Notes under the pieces: model-generated
Told to the model about the DNA's origin: nothing
Seen by the model: the letters and a program-made list of their open reading frames with translations, nothing else
Databases searched by the model: none
Translations under genes and position numbers: made by a program
Assembly: GCA_965208835.1 (NCBI GenBank)
Contig: OZ242358.1
Coordinates: forward strand, 2,880,001-2,944,000
Length of the DNA: 64,000 nt
From: Candidatus Latescibacterota bacterium
GTDB taxonomy: Bacteria > Latescibacterota > UBA2968 > GCA-2709665
Direction: 5' to 3'
Shown here: piece by piece, positions 40,215 through 48,653 of the stretch
How positions within the stretch are numbered: the first letter of the stretch is position 1
Layout: the number at the start of each line of letters is the position of its first letter

Positions 40215-40592
40215 TCAGGCGGGATCGGACTCACGTTGAAAGAGCTGCAGGAGCACGTCATTCGGGCCGTTGAAGAAGCTCAGGCGGATATCCGTACCTT
40301 CCGCGTCGAACGGCTCCACGGCGATATCCACGCCGGCGCCCTTGAGCTCGCCGGCGCTTTCGTCGACATTGCCAACCTTGAACGAGATGTGATGGAAGCC
40401 CACGTCAGCCTGCATGGTCTTCTGCGGCATCAGCTCCAAGATCATGTCGCCGGCCTTGAGAAAGACGAAATCCTCATCGTCTTCATTCGGGAAGCGTTCG
40501 AGTTCGGTCAGGCCCAGCGTCTCCGTATAGAAGCGTACGGCGCCTTCGATATCGTCGCTGACGAGGGCGATCTTGTGAATGTTGTTGATCAT
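40215..40592 (-). CDS. VOC/glyoxalase family protein
   Basis: IHKIALV..FYTETLGL, LELM, HHISFKV. Confidence 0.88.
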   Translation of the reverse strand: MINNIHKIALVSDDIEGAVRFYTETLGLTELERFPNEDDEDFVFLKAGDMILELMPQKTMQADVGFHHISFKVGNVDESAGELKGAGVDIAVEPFDAEGTDIRLSFFNGPNDVLLQLFQRESDPA

Positions 40593-40672
40593 TTCGTTCT
40601 CCTGCGGTTAGGAGGATCAGGATCCAATTTATTTCGCGATATCAGAATTGGCGCTCGCACGGCCTGCCCAAC

Positions 40673-41794
40673 TCAATACAACAGTTCCCGCAGACGCGGG
40701 GTGAGCGATCCCCGCTGCGCCGGATGGTGTAGCGTCAGATCGAGGAGGTCGACGCCGTAGTTCTCTTCAAAGGCTGAGTGAATCCTCTTTTCGTGGTCTG
40801 TCATACGCTCGAGGGGCAGGTCCACCCATATCCCCTCCCTGCCTCCCGAATCTCGGACGGCCATCAACACTTCGAGATCTCTTCTGGCATTGTGCGCGCC
40901 ATATTCCAGAGCCGCTCCCTGGACCACGGCATCGTGCAGGCTGCACCAGGCCTCGGCAATGGCAATGCTGTCTTCATCGGGAAGCGCATAAGCCCTGAGC
41001 GGACTCTCCCAGACAGCCTCAGGCTTTGTGCCCACGCTGGATCGATGTATCATGCTTGTCTGCCCGGTTGCCGATGCCCCGCTGACAATCGGCAACTTTC
41101 TGTCCCCCCCATAAAGGTTCAGTTCCATTCCACGAATAGCTCCGTCCGAACCAATAACCTCCCAGTAATTCTTCCGCCGCGTGTTATGTTCGTATGTCCC
41201 GCGGATCGCTTCCGCCCAACGTATGATACCCCGCTCTCTCACTTCACCTGAGTCCGGAAAAGAACCTGAAACAGCCCTCGGTTCCGATCCGAGAATCGAC
41301 CGGATCGCGCTGATGCCGTGATATGATCCAGACGTATACGAAACGTAGAATTCCCGGACGTTTCCGATGAGTCCTTCCTCTACGATTTTCTGTTTCAATC
41401 TCTCACGAGGCCATCTACGGGCGTTCTCGGAGACTTCCAGATAAACGCCGTTATCCTCCGCGGCCTTGATCATCATGTCGGCACACGGAAGCGTGTGCGC
41501 AATAGGAGTCTCGGAAAGGATGTGAACCTAGCTTTCGGCGAGCGTGCGCGCAATCGGGTGATGAAGCTCCGGCAAGGCAGCGATCAATGCGACGTCCGGC
41601 GACTCCGAATCCAGCATCGACTGAAGATCCGAATACGCCGTCGCACCCGTCTGTTCGGCGACCGCTTGTGCCTTTTCCGCGTCGATATCGCACACGCCGA
41701 CCAATCTGTACCTGTCGGAAAGGACCGGCAACACGGAGAGATGCGCCCTCGATCTCCCGCCGAGACCAATAATTGCCGCATTCAGGATCGCCAC
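40673..41794 (-). pseudogene. Gfo/Idh/MocA oxidoreductase interrupted by an in-frame TAG at 41528-41530
   Basis: AIIGLGGR Rossmann start; the same frame continues past TAG as VHILSETPIA...VSENARRWP. Confidence 0.75.
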
Positions 41795-41831
41795 TCGGCC
41801 TCTTTTCTAAAGAATTCAAACTTACATGGAT

Positions 41832-41941
41832 GGACAGGATAAGAGCCTGCTAGGACTTACAGGATCAAGCGGGGTTAGAAGCCAACAGCAGGATCAAAAC
41901 CGACCAGGATTTACAGGACTAAGCAGGATTAGAAACCAGGA
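41832..41941. repeat. Irregular cluster of about 8 (C/T)AGGA(T/C) motifs
   Basis: ggacaggat, taggact, acaggatc, gcaggatc, ccaggatt, acaggact, gcaggatt, ccagga. Confidence 0.5.
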
Positions 41942-42085
41942 GTTCGAAAAATGCCAAGAGCATGAGAAGTATTCACTTTTCGGGGGCAAAGCGATGAATC
42001 CCTGCCTGGCCTGAACCTTGCAAGAGAAAAAGGCACTCGAAGAGCGCCTTGAAACTTGCCATCAAAACTCATGCGTGCCGGCGGG

Positions 42086-42724
42086 TTATCGGTCCCCCGC
42101 GGCCGCCTCCGTCAGAATCTCGACGACCTCGGTCTTGTCCCGGTACTCCGCCAGCCAGGCCGCGGTCTTCCCGTTTCTGGTGACGGCATTGACTTCGGCG
42201 CCCTCATCCAGCAGCCGGCTCACTACATCTTTGTGACCTCCGTAGGCCGCGTAGATCAGCGGCGTCCATCCCGACCGCGCGACGGCGTTGACGTCCGCCC
42301 CGGCAGCCAGCAGCACGTGGACGACACCCGTCAGACCAACGTCGGACGCGAACATCAACGGGGTCCGGTGGTTCAGGTCTCTTGCATCCACGACGGCGCC
42401 CGCTTCCAACAGGATCTCGGTGATCGTCGAATCTTTCTTGATCGCCGCATCCATCAACGCGGTTCTGCTATAAAGGTCGTCGTTGACTTCCGCGCCCGCA
42501 TCGAGCAGCGCCCGCAGGACTTCGGGGACGCCCTTTTTTGCGGCTTCGATCAACGGAGTCGTACCCGCCTTGCCCTCTTCGTTCGCGTCGGCTCCTTCGT
42601 CCAGCAGCGTCTTTACGCCCTCTTCATCACCCTTTTTGACCATGGCGATCAGATCCGTGTCCTCCGAGGGTTTACAAGCCGTGAAGATGGCAAGAAGAAG
42701 CGCTATCGCGCCGAGTCGATTCAT
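42086..42724 (-). CDS. Ankyrin-repeat lipoprotein
   Basis: Lipobox FTAC; repeated TPL..AA..G...V..LL.AGA.VN units. Confidence 0.92.
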   Translation of the reverse strand: MNRLGAIALLLAIFTACKPSEDTDLIAMVKKGDEEGVKTLLDEGADANEEGKAGTTPLIEAAKKGVPEVLRALLDAGAEVNDDLYSRTALMDAAIKKDSTITEILLEAGAVVDARDLNHRTPLMFASDVGLTGVVHVLLAAGADVNAVARSGWTPLIYAAYGGHKDVVSRLLDEGAEVNAVTRNGKTAAWLAEYRDKTEVVEILTEAAAGDR

Positions 42725-42780
42725 CGCACATATCTTCCTTTAACAGGTTTCGCTCCCAACACCTGAAGTCCGTTTGGGCC

Positions 42781-43206
42781 CTATCCGCCAGACCTGGAAA
42801 AGACAAGCGTCAGGTTCTGCGGCTGTCCGCCTGCCTGCACCGAGATCAGAACGGTGATCGAACTACCACCGTCCGCCACCTGCCCTGATCGGGCGCCGCC
42901 GCCCCCGTCGGGGGTGAGACTCAGGCTCGCGCCGGACCTTGAGTACCCCCCGCTCTGCGCGACCCGGATTACATCCTCCGAACCCGCAGTAACGTAGGAG
43001 GCCACAATTGAATACCGGTTTTCCGTTAACGTCATGATCCCGGAAGCATTCGGCGGTGTTATCGCCGATCCCCCCGAAGGCGTCAACCTCAACAGATCGT
43101 AAGACCCCGCCAGCGTCTCGGAAGCCGCGGGGTTGTTTTCGTCGTCTTCGCCGCCGCAGGCGACGCAGACGCATATTGCCAGCAGCCCCAACAAAACGGA
43201 TTTCAT
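42781..43206 (-). CDS. Hypothetical lipoprotein (lipocalin-like beta pattern)
   Basis: MKSVLLGLLAICVCVACGG signal, LAGSYDL. Confidence 0.65.
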   Translation of the reverse strand: MKSVLLGLLAICVCVACGGEDDENNPAASETLAGSYDLLRLTPSGGSAITPPNASGIMTLTENRYSIVASYVTAGSEDVIRVAQSGGYSRSGASLSLTPDGGGGARSGQVADGGSSITVLISVQAGGQPQNLTLVFSRSGG

Positions 43207-43416
43207 AGGGTGCGGTCTCCTTTTGGTATTCCGATACGGAACCCGCGAGTACGGGCACGCCTGCCGAGTGCTCGGGCGTCGGATTTCAATATAAACCCGG
43301 CGAGAAAGGCGGGCAAGGGATCTTTTGAAAGGCAATGGGATATGCCGCCCGTAATCCCCTTTTTCGTCGGCGCCGAACGGCATGCAAGACAGTCATTCCG
43401 TGATCTTGTTTTTCTG

Positions 43417-43445
43417 TTGACATCGGGAAAATTCTGGGTTATTGT
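43417..43445 (+). promoter_or_regulatory. Putative sigma70 promoter for HU
   Basis: TTGACA-N17-TATTGT. Confidence 0.6.
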
Positions 43446-43491
43446 TCCCGGGTCGAAATTTCCGGGAAATTGCCTCAATCAAGGAAAACGC

Positions 43492-43803
43492 ATGGCAACG
43501 ATCACCAAGGCTTCTCTGGCGAGGTACCTTTCAGACAACATCGGCCACCCCAAAACCAGAGCCTTGGAAGCCGTCGACGTCCTTTTCGAAGCCATGACGT
43601 CTTCCATCTGCAACGGCAAAAGGATCGAGATACGCGGCTTTGGCTCCTGGGAAGTCAAGGAGACAAAGGAAAAGACCCAGGCCCGCAATCCCAGCACAGG
43701 CGAAACGGTTTACGTGCCCGCCCGCCGAAAAGTTATGTTCAAACCCGGGAAAATCCTCAAAAAGGTGCTGTCCCAGTCCTTGGAAACCGGATCGTCCCAA
43801 TAG
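43492..43803 (+). CDS. HU/IHF family DNA-binding protein
   Basis: IEIRGFGSW..ARNPSTGETV..FKPGK. Confidence 0.93.
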   Translation: MATITKASLARYLSDNIGHPKTRALEAVDVLFEAMTSSICNGKRIEIRGFGSWEVKETKEKTQARNPSTGETVYVPARRKVMFKPGKILKKVLSQSLETGSSQ

Positions 43804-43832
43804 ACCACCATCCCTGAACGCCGAATCACCGC

Positions 43833-44654
43833 ATGCAATGGCGTTACAAGCTGCAGCAGTTTCAGGCCGACGGGCCGGATAGGCTCCTTGTTGTCAGCGA
43901 CTGGGACAGAACGCTGACCCGGTCCACCGCGGAAGATGGAAGCGATCAATCCACCTGTTCGGTTATCGCCAACAGTGGACATCTCGGTCCGGCGTTTTCC
44001 CGGCGTTACCGGGAACTGTTTGATCGCTACCGAAGGATCGAACGCGCTCCCGAATTGTCGGAAAGCGTCAAGTCGCGTCACCTGCACCGCTGGTGGTCCC
44101 TCCAGTTCGATCTGCTGCTGGATTACAAGCTCAGTACGCGGACGATCCGCCATATCGTTCGAAAAAAACGGCCGCACCTGCGAGACGGTGCGCGCCGTTT
44201 TTTTCATATCCTCCGCAAGCGCCGCATTCCCCTGATCATCCTGTCCGCCGGCATCCGGGAAATCATCGAAGCCCGACTCGCCGAAGAGGGTGTATCCACG
44301 GACAATCTGGACATTGTCGCCAACACGCTGGTTTTCGACCCCTCCGGAATTGCGGTGTCGTACAAGACCCCGCTGATCCACAGCCTGAATAAACACGTCC
44401 GGCCTGCGTCGGCCGCCCCCGGGTTGGCGGGCCGCCGGAACCTGCTGCTCCTGGGAGATACGCTTGAAGATGCGAGGATGGCTGAACGCATCAACCACAC
44501 CCGCCTTCTCAGCTTCGCCTTCCCTGCCGATACCGACCACCATCAGGAATTTCGATCCGCGTACGATGTCGTGCTCCAGCCGGAAGCCTCTCTGGCGCCG
44601 GTGAATGCCGTCCTGGCGGACATATGCACGGCTTCCCGGGCCATTGATCCATAG
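43833..44654 (+). CDS. HAD hydrolase resembling pyrimidine 5'-nucleotidase (cN-III/UMPH-1)
   Basis: VVSDWDRTLT, RWW, LRDG, ILSAGI, IVAN, IHSLNK, LLLGDTLEDARMA. Confidence 0.75.
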   Translation: MQWRYKLQQFQADGPDRLLVVSDWDRTLTRSTAEDGSDQSTCSVIANSGHLGPAFSRRYRELFDRYRRIERAPELSESVKSRHLHRWWSLQFDLLLDYKLSTRTIRHIVRKKRPHLRDGARRFFHILRKRRIPLIILSAGIREIIEARLAEEGVSTDNLDIVANTLVFDPSGIAVSYKTPLIHSLNKHVRPASAAPGLAGRRNLLLLGDTLEDARMAERINHTRLLSFAFPADTDHHQEFRSAYDVVLQPEASLAPVNAVLADICTASRAIDP

Positions 44655-44890
44655 TGGATGGAATGACGATCATCGGCAGTCCCTCCGGAGCGGAGCTGAT
44701 GCCCGTGCATCCACAGGTGTGTAGACATGCGGACCGTACAGTATCCATCCTGTTGATGCGTCGACAGAACCCGGACTGGTCATGGCGCGTGACCGGCCTG
44801 AGTAAAGAAAGGAGGCGAATCATGAAGGAGATTACAGCGTGGAGGGCGACCGCCCGATAAATGCGGTCGACGTCCCTTCAGAAAGTCGAA

Positions 44891-44919
44891 CCGGGCGCCC
44901 CAAAAAATGGGGCGCCCGG
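44891..44919. terminator. GC-rich hairpin between convergent genes
   Basis: CCGGGCGCCCCA / TGGGGCGCCCGG perfect inverted repeat. Confidence 0.6.
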
Positions 44920-44970
44920 CTATTTGAATTGTCATTCGCTTTGTGTTTTGTACACGTTCCCCACTGCCGT

Positions 44971-46338
44971 CTACTCGATTCTCATCGGCATAAGAATCGC
45001 TTTCCGGTCGGGACAATTCTTCGAGACGAACAAAAGAGCCTTCATCGGGTCGGTAAAGAAGACATCCAACATTCTACCGGTTTCAATTCCGGATACGACA
45101 TCACTTAGGAATGCGTGATTTACGCTAGACCTGAACGGTTCAGGCCTGTCACCCAGTTTGACCTCGGCATCAAGTGTGGTCGTGAACCGCCAGTACGGAA
45201 TGCCGGCCCACGGAGCATCGTCCGTCGACACCGGTTTGTCGGCTTTCTCTTTGCCCACACGATAGCCCAGATCCCTCGACGTGATCAGTGAGAGCGCCTG
45301 CTGCGCCTCTGAAAACTGGATCTCGACCTGCGGCGAATAGGTCCACACGCCATCAACCGGGTGCCTGGGTACCAGATGCTCTGCAATCAGGTCCACAGCC
45401 TGTAGCAGTTCGTCCGAAGAGACCGTGACGATTCCGTCTCCCATTTCCGGTATGACAGACTCGTATTTTACGTACGGCTCATCGATAATCGAAATTGCGA
45501 TGTCATCGTCCCCATCCACACGCAGAACCGCAGCGTCCTCTCCGATAGAAAGTGTAGCCCTCTCGGAATGTGGCGCCGGCATCTCAACCCCGGGCCCGAG
45601 GATTACCTGTTTCTGCAGGTCCTCAGTGCCCTCGAGCGTGCGAAGCAGCAACCTGGCACCGTCTGTTGCAACAACACGCCCGCCCGTATCCAGGCACACG
45701 CCACAAAGTATACGGCGTGAATCGTCCGTGCTCACAAACCGTGTCGCCCAATGGAGTGCGTGAAGGTCCTGCGCCGAAAGATCGTAGGTGTTTCCAACGG
45801 ATGTCATCTCACTCATCTCCTTTCTGATCCGCTGCCTCGCCTTCTGCAGGCGGCTGCGGACGGTGTTGACTTCCAGCCCCAGCTGATGTGCGGTTTCCGC
45901 GTAGGAACAGCCCTTGTAATAGTGATGTTCGATCACGTCCCGATGCGCGCCTGAAAGCCGGCGAATCGCCTCCCTGACCATCATGCGGGCCTCCCGTTCC
46001 AACTCAGATTCATCTACGGGGTGCCCGGACCACTCCTTCGACAATCGCTCCTCGAATCGGATTTGCACCATCTGCCGCCGGTGCCAATTTCGGGCCGTGT
46101 TTTCCGCGATTCTCAAAAGCCACGGAGAAAACCTGCTGCCATCGTGGAGTTGACCCAGGCGTCGAAACGCCAGCAGGAACACCTCCTGGGCAAGGTCTTC
46201 GCCGTCGTCCGGACGTCTGACCACGCGGCGGACCCTCGCCAGAACCCGTTCGCCGTAGCGCTCCACCAGACGGCCGAACGCCCATGTTTCTCCCGAGACC
46301 GCAAGACGGACCAGGTCTCGATCTCCCAGCGTATCCAA
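44971..46338 (-). CDS. ECF sigma factor fused to DNA polymerase III beta-clamp domains II+III
   Basis: Sigma2 EDLAQEVF..FSPWLLRIAEN; sigma4 NTVRSRLQKAR; then STDDSRRILCGV..VATDGARL..YVKYESVIP..VNHAFLSDVV..AILMPMRIE; TTG start with GGAGG RBS. Confidence 0.85.
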   Translation of the reverse strand: MDTLGDRDLVRLAVSGETWAFGRLVERYGERVLARVRRVVRRPDDGEDLAQEVFLLAFRRLGQLHDGSRFSPWLLRIAENTARNWHRRQMVQIRFEERLSKEWSGHPVDESELEREARMMVREAIRRLSGAHRDVIEHHYYKGCSYAETAHQLGLEVNTVRSRLQKARQRIRKEMSEMTSVGNTYDLSAQDLHALHWATRFVSTDDSRRILCGVCLDTGGRVVATDGARLLLRTLEGTEDLQKQVILGPGVEMPAPHSERATLSIGEDAAVLRVDGDDDIAISIIDEPYVKYESVIPEMGDGIVTVSSDELLQAVDLIAEHLVPRHPVDGVWTYSPQVEIQFSEAQQALSLITSRDLGYRVGKEKADKPVSTDDAPWAGIPYWRFTTTLDAEVKLGDRPEPFRSSVNHAFLSDVVSGIETGRMLDVFFTDPMKALLFVSKNCPDRKAILMPMRIE

Positions 46339-46516
46339 GATTCGCCTCCAAGAAAGGTCAAATCACCGCGCGTGTGACATGAATACAGATGCGCATCACA
46401 CAGAAAAGTATCCTTCACATACAAAAAAACCGGTGTCAGGTCGCCTGCCGTCACAAAAAAAGCCACCCCCACAGGGGCGGCAGACGACACTTTTGGAAAA
46501 AACGAAAGGAATACCG

Positions 46517-48649
46517 TTACAATGCAACGGCCAGACTGCTGACGGGGCCCTTCACGCCGGCGCTATTGACGGAACGCACATGCATCGTGTTCACCCCGTC
46601 GTGCAGTTGCCAGTCGAATGCCTCACGGCAAGATTTCCACTCGTCTCGGTCCAGGCTGGACAGATAACCCGAGAAACCCGGTGTCTGCGTTTCCAGGTTG
46701 ACCCTCAGAGCGGTCCCATCCTCATTCCCCACAACGGTGTACCGGGTCCGGTTCATCGACGGATAGAAATCGGATCGCCGATTCGTGTGACGCGTGAAGT
46801 GAGGCAGTGCCGGCACCTTGTCGTCGGCCCAGTTGAGATACCCGTCCCAGGCCCAGACTTCCGTACCCTGACTCACCGGCAGCGGACGCGGCTGGCTGAA
46901 CACGTTGCTGCGCGGAATCATTCGGAAATGACAGAACGACCTGAACAGAAAGTGCGCCCCCTCCTTTGTCGAGAACTCGTGGCTTCCTTCCCGAATTGCA
47001 ATCGGCAGGTCCCGGACGAGGGCATCGAGATCCTGCCGGAACAGATATGGACGGTCCCAGCGTTCGACGTCCTCGAGCCTGTTCGCCAGGACCTGGTGCA
47101 CCTCCAGTGTATCCAGTGGAACACGCGTCTTCGGATCGTACCAGTAGTAATCCCGCGTCGCGTCGAGGTGGACCCACTTGCAATAGTCGTTCGACCAGAC
47201 CTCCGCGATCTCGTGTCCGGTCATGCCCTCGCTGTGGAAGTTCACGTGCCGCGCGGGATATCCGAAACTCAGACAGGCGGCTACCAGGGCGACATTGGGA
47301 TAGAGACACATCTTGTCGCGCCGCCGTTCCGGGTACCGGTTCATTACAATCGCACCCGATGAATCCCGATCGAGCGTCAGCCATTTCAGAACGTCCCATG
47401 GATAGTGCCGGCACGCACCCAGCGGAACGGCATACGCCCACGCCATCAGGCGCTCGATCGCTTCGAATTCGGTCTGCGCCCCGGCGACAACGGCATCCAG
47501 TTCGAACCGGTCGCGCAGTTCCCTTAAGGTGTCGTGCCTGTAGTCCTCGTCTGCGATCCAGTACGAGGACCGCCGGATTGACGCGTTCTCCACGCTGACG
47601 ACCCGGGGCGGTTCGCTTCCTTCCGGGCGTACGTCGGCCAGGACCCGGATCGCCTTCAACACGGGCGTACACGCCGGGTCCGACGTCTGTAACCGCATCC
47701 GCCACTGGAGATAACGTCCCGCAACGCGTGTTACCGCCGACCCACGTTCGCACGTTTGCCAGCCGCTCCATCCCGCCCCATTTAACGCGGGAACCTGTCC
47801 GGTCCTCACGTCACAGTGGACGACGGCGCCGGCGGGCAATTCGACGTCCCAATCCAGACACAAACCGCCAATGGCGTACCGCCGCTTAACCTCCTCTTCG
47901 CCGGCGGCATCGATAACCGGCGATACGACAAGCCCGGTTTCGCGGTACCCGCCCAGGATCAGCCGGATTACATATTCGCCGCGCTCGGGCGCCCATTCGC
48001 CATTTCGGCGCACAAGACTCGAAGCCGGCAGCACGACCGGATCAGGCGTCCCCTTCTTGAAATCCCGGTAGTCCGCCACCATCAGACTCCACCCGACCCC
48101 ACCGTCGGCGACATCGAAAACCAGCCGGTTTTCGCCCTGGCGAAGGCAGCCGTCGGGCAATTCCACGTAGTACCATCGGCTCCAGCTCCAGGCGCCTTCA
48201 TCGGGCGCCAGCTCCCAATACTGCCTCGCGTCCGGGGTGGCCAGCGGGGACGGCGGGCGCAGCAACTCCTGTCCGTTGACGTTGATTCGCAGCGTGGCCG
48301 AATGACCTCTCCGCTCCCGCGCGATAAAGGCCACCTGCGCCGGTCCAGCGGGGTTTCTCCGCACCACCAGTGCTTTTTTCAACGCCAACCTGCCGGACAA
48401 CTCCAAAAACGGGTCCGCGTCAAGGTCATCCGACCGCCCGGCGCCGGGGCTGTCATTCTCGACCACCGAACCCCCGAAGAGGCGGATACCGGCATCGTCT
48501 TCGCCCATCCAGAGATCGGCGACGTCCGCCGTACGGTAGATCTCCCGTGCGTGGTAAACACTCTCAATTTGACTGAAGTCCGCGTCAGCCATTCTCCGAT
48601 CCCGTACCGTTTCCCGTGCGCGCTGCCCCATCAGTGCCGCGGATGACAA
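46517..48649 (-). CDS. Large protein with C-terminal transglutaminase-like domain (start uncertain)
   Basis: KMCLYPN..GYPAR..GHEIAEVWS..KWVHLDA (Cys-His-Asp order); beta-rich N-terminus. Confidence 0.7.
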   Translation of the reverse strand: MSSAALMGQRARETVRDRRMADADFSQIESVYHAREIYRTADVADLWMGEDDAGIRLFGGSVVENDSPGAGRSDDLDADPFLELSGRLALKKALVVRRNPAGPAQVAFIARERRGHSATLRINVNGQELLRPPSPLATPDARQYWELAPDEGAWSWSRWYYVELPDGCLRQGENRLVFDVADGGVGWSLMVADYRDFKKGTPDPVVLPASSLVRRNGEWAPERGEYVIRLILGGYRETGLVVSPVIDAAGEEEVKRRYAIGGLCLDWDVELPAGAVVHCDVRTGQVPALNGAGWSGWQTCERGSAVTRVAGRYLQWRMRLQTSDPACTPVLKAIRVLADVRPEGSEPPRVVSVENASIRRSSYWIADEDYRHDTLRELRDRFELDAVVAGAQTEFEAIERLMAWAYAVPLGACRHYPWDVLKWLTLDRDSSGAIVMNRYPERRRDKMCLYPNVALVAACLSFGYPARHVNFHSEGMTGHEIAEVWSNDYCKWVHLDATRDYYWYDPKTRVPLDTLEVHQVLANRLEDVERWDRPYLFRQDLDALVRDLPIAIREGSHEFSTKEGAHFLFRSFCHFRMIPRSNVFSQPRPLPVSQGTEVWAWDGYLNWADDKVPALPHFTRHTNRRSDFYPSMNRTRYTVVGNEDGTALRVNLETQTPGFSGYLSSLDRDEWKSCREAFDWQLHDGVNTMHVRSVNSAGVKGPVSSLAVAL

Positions 48650-48653
48650 CCGC

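Noticed and set aside
41528-41530. Pyrrolysine or stop-codon reassignment
   Set aside because: TAG terminates several genes in the window (e.g. Rieske, UPF0182, HU), and no pyl genes are seen.
41826-41945. CRISPR array
   Set aside because: Units are 6-7 bp and irregularly spaced; no cas genes are present.
44971-45810. Replicative dnaN gene
   Set aside because: Domain I is missing, the region is fused to a sigma factor, it is divergent with insertions, and there is no dnaA/recF/gyrB context.
36238-46500. tRNA-anchored integrative element or prophage
   Set aside because: No integrase, phage genes or duplicated tRNA 3' end seen; only a compositional hint.
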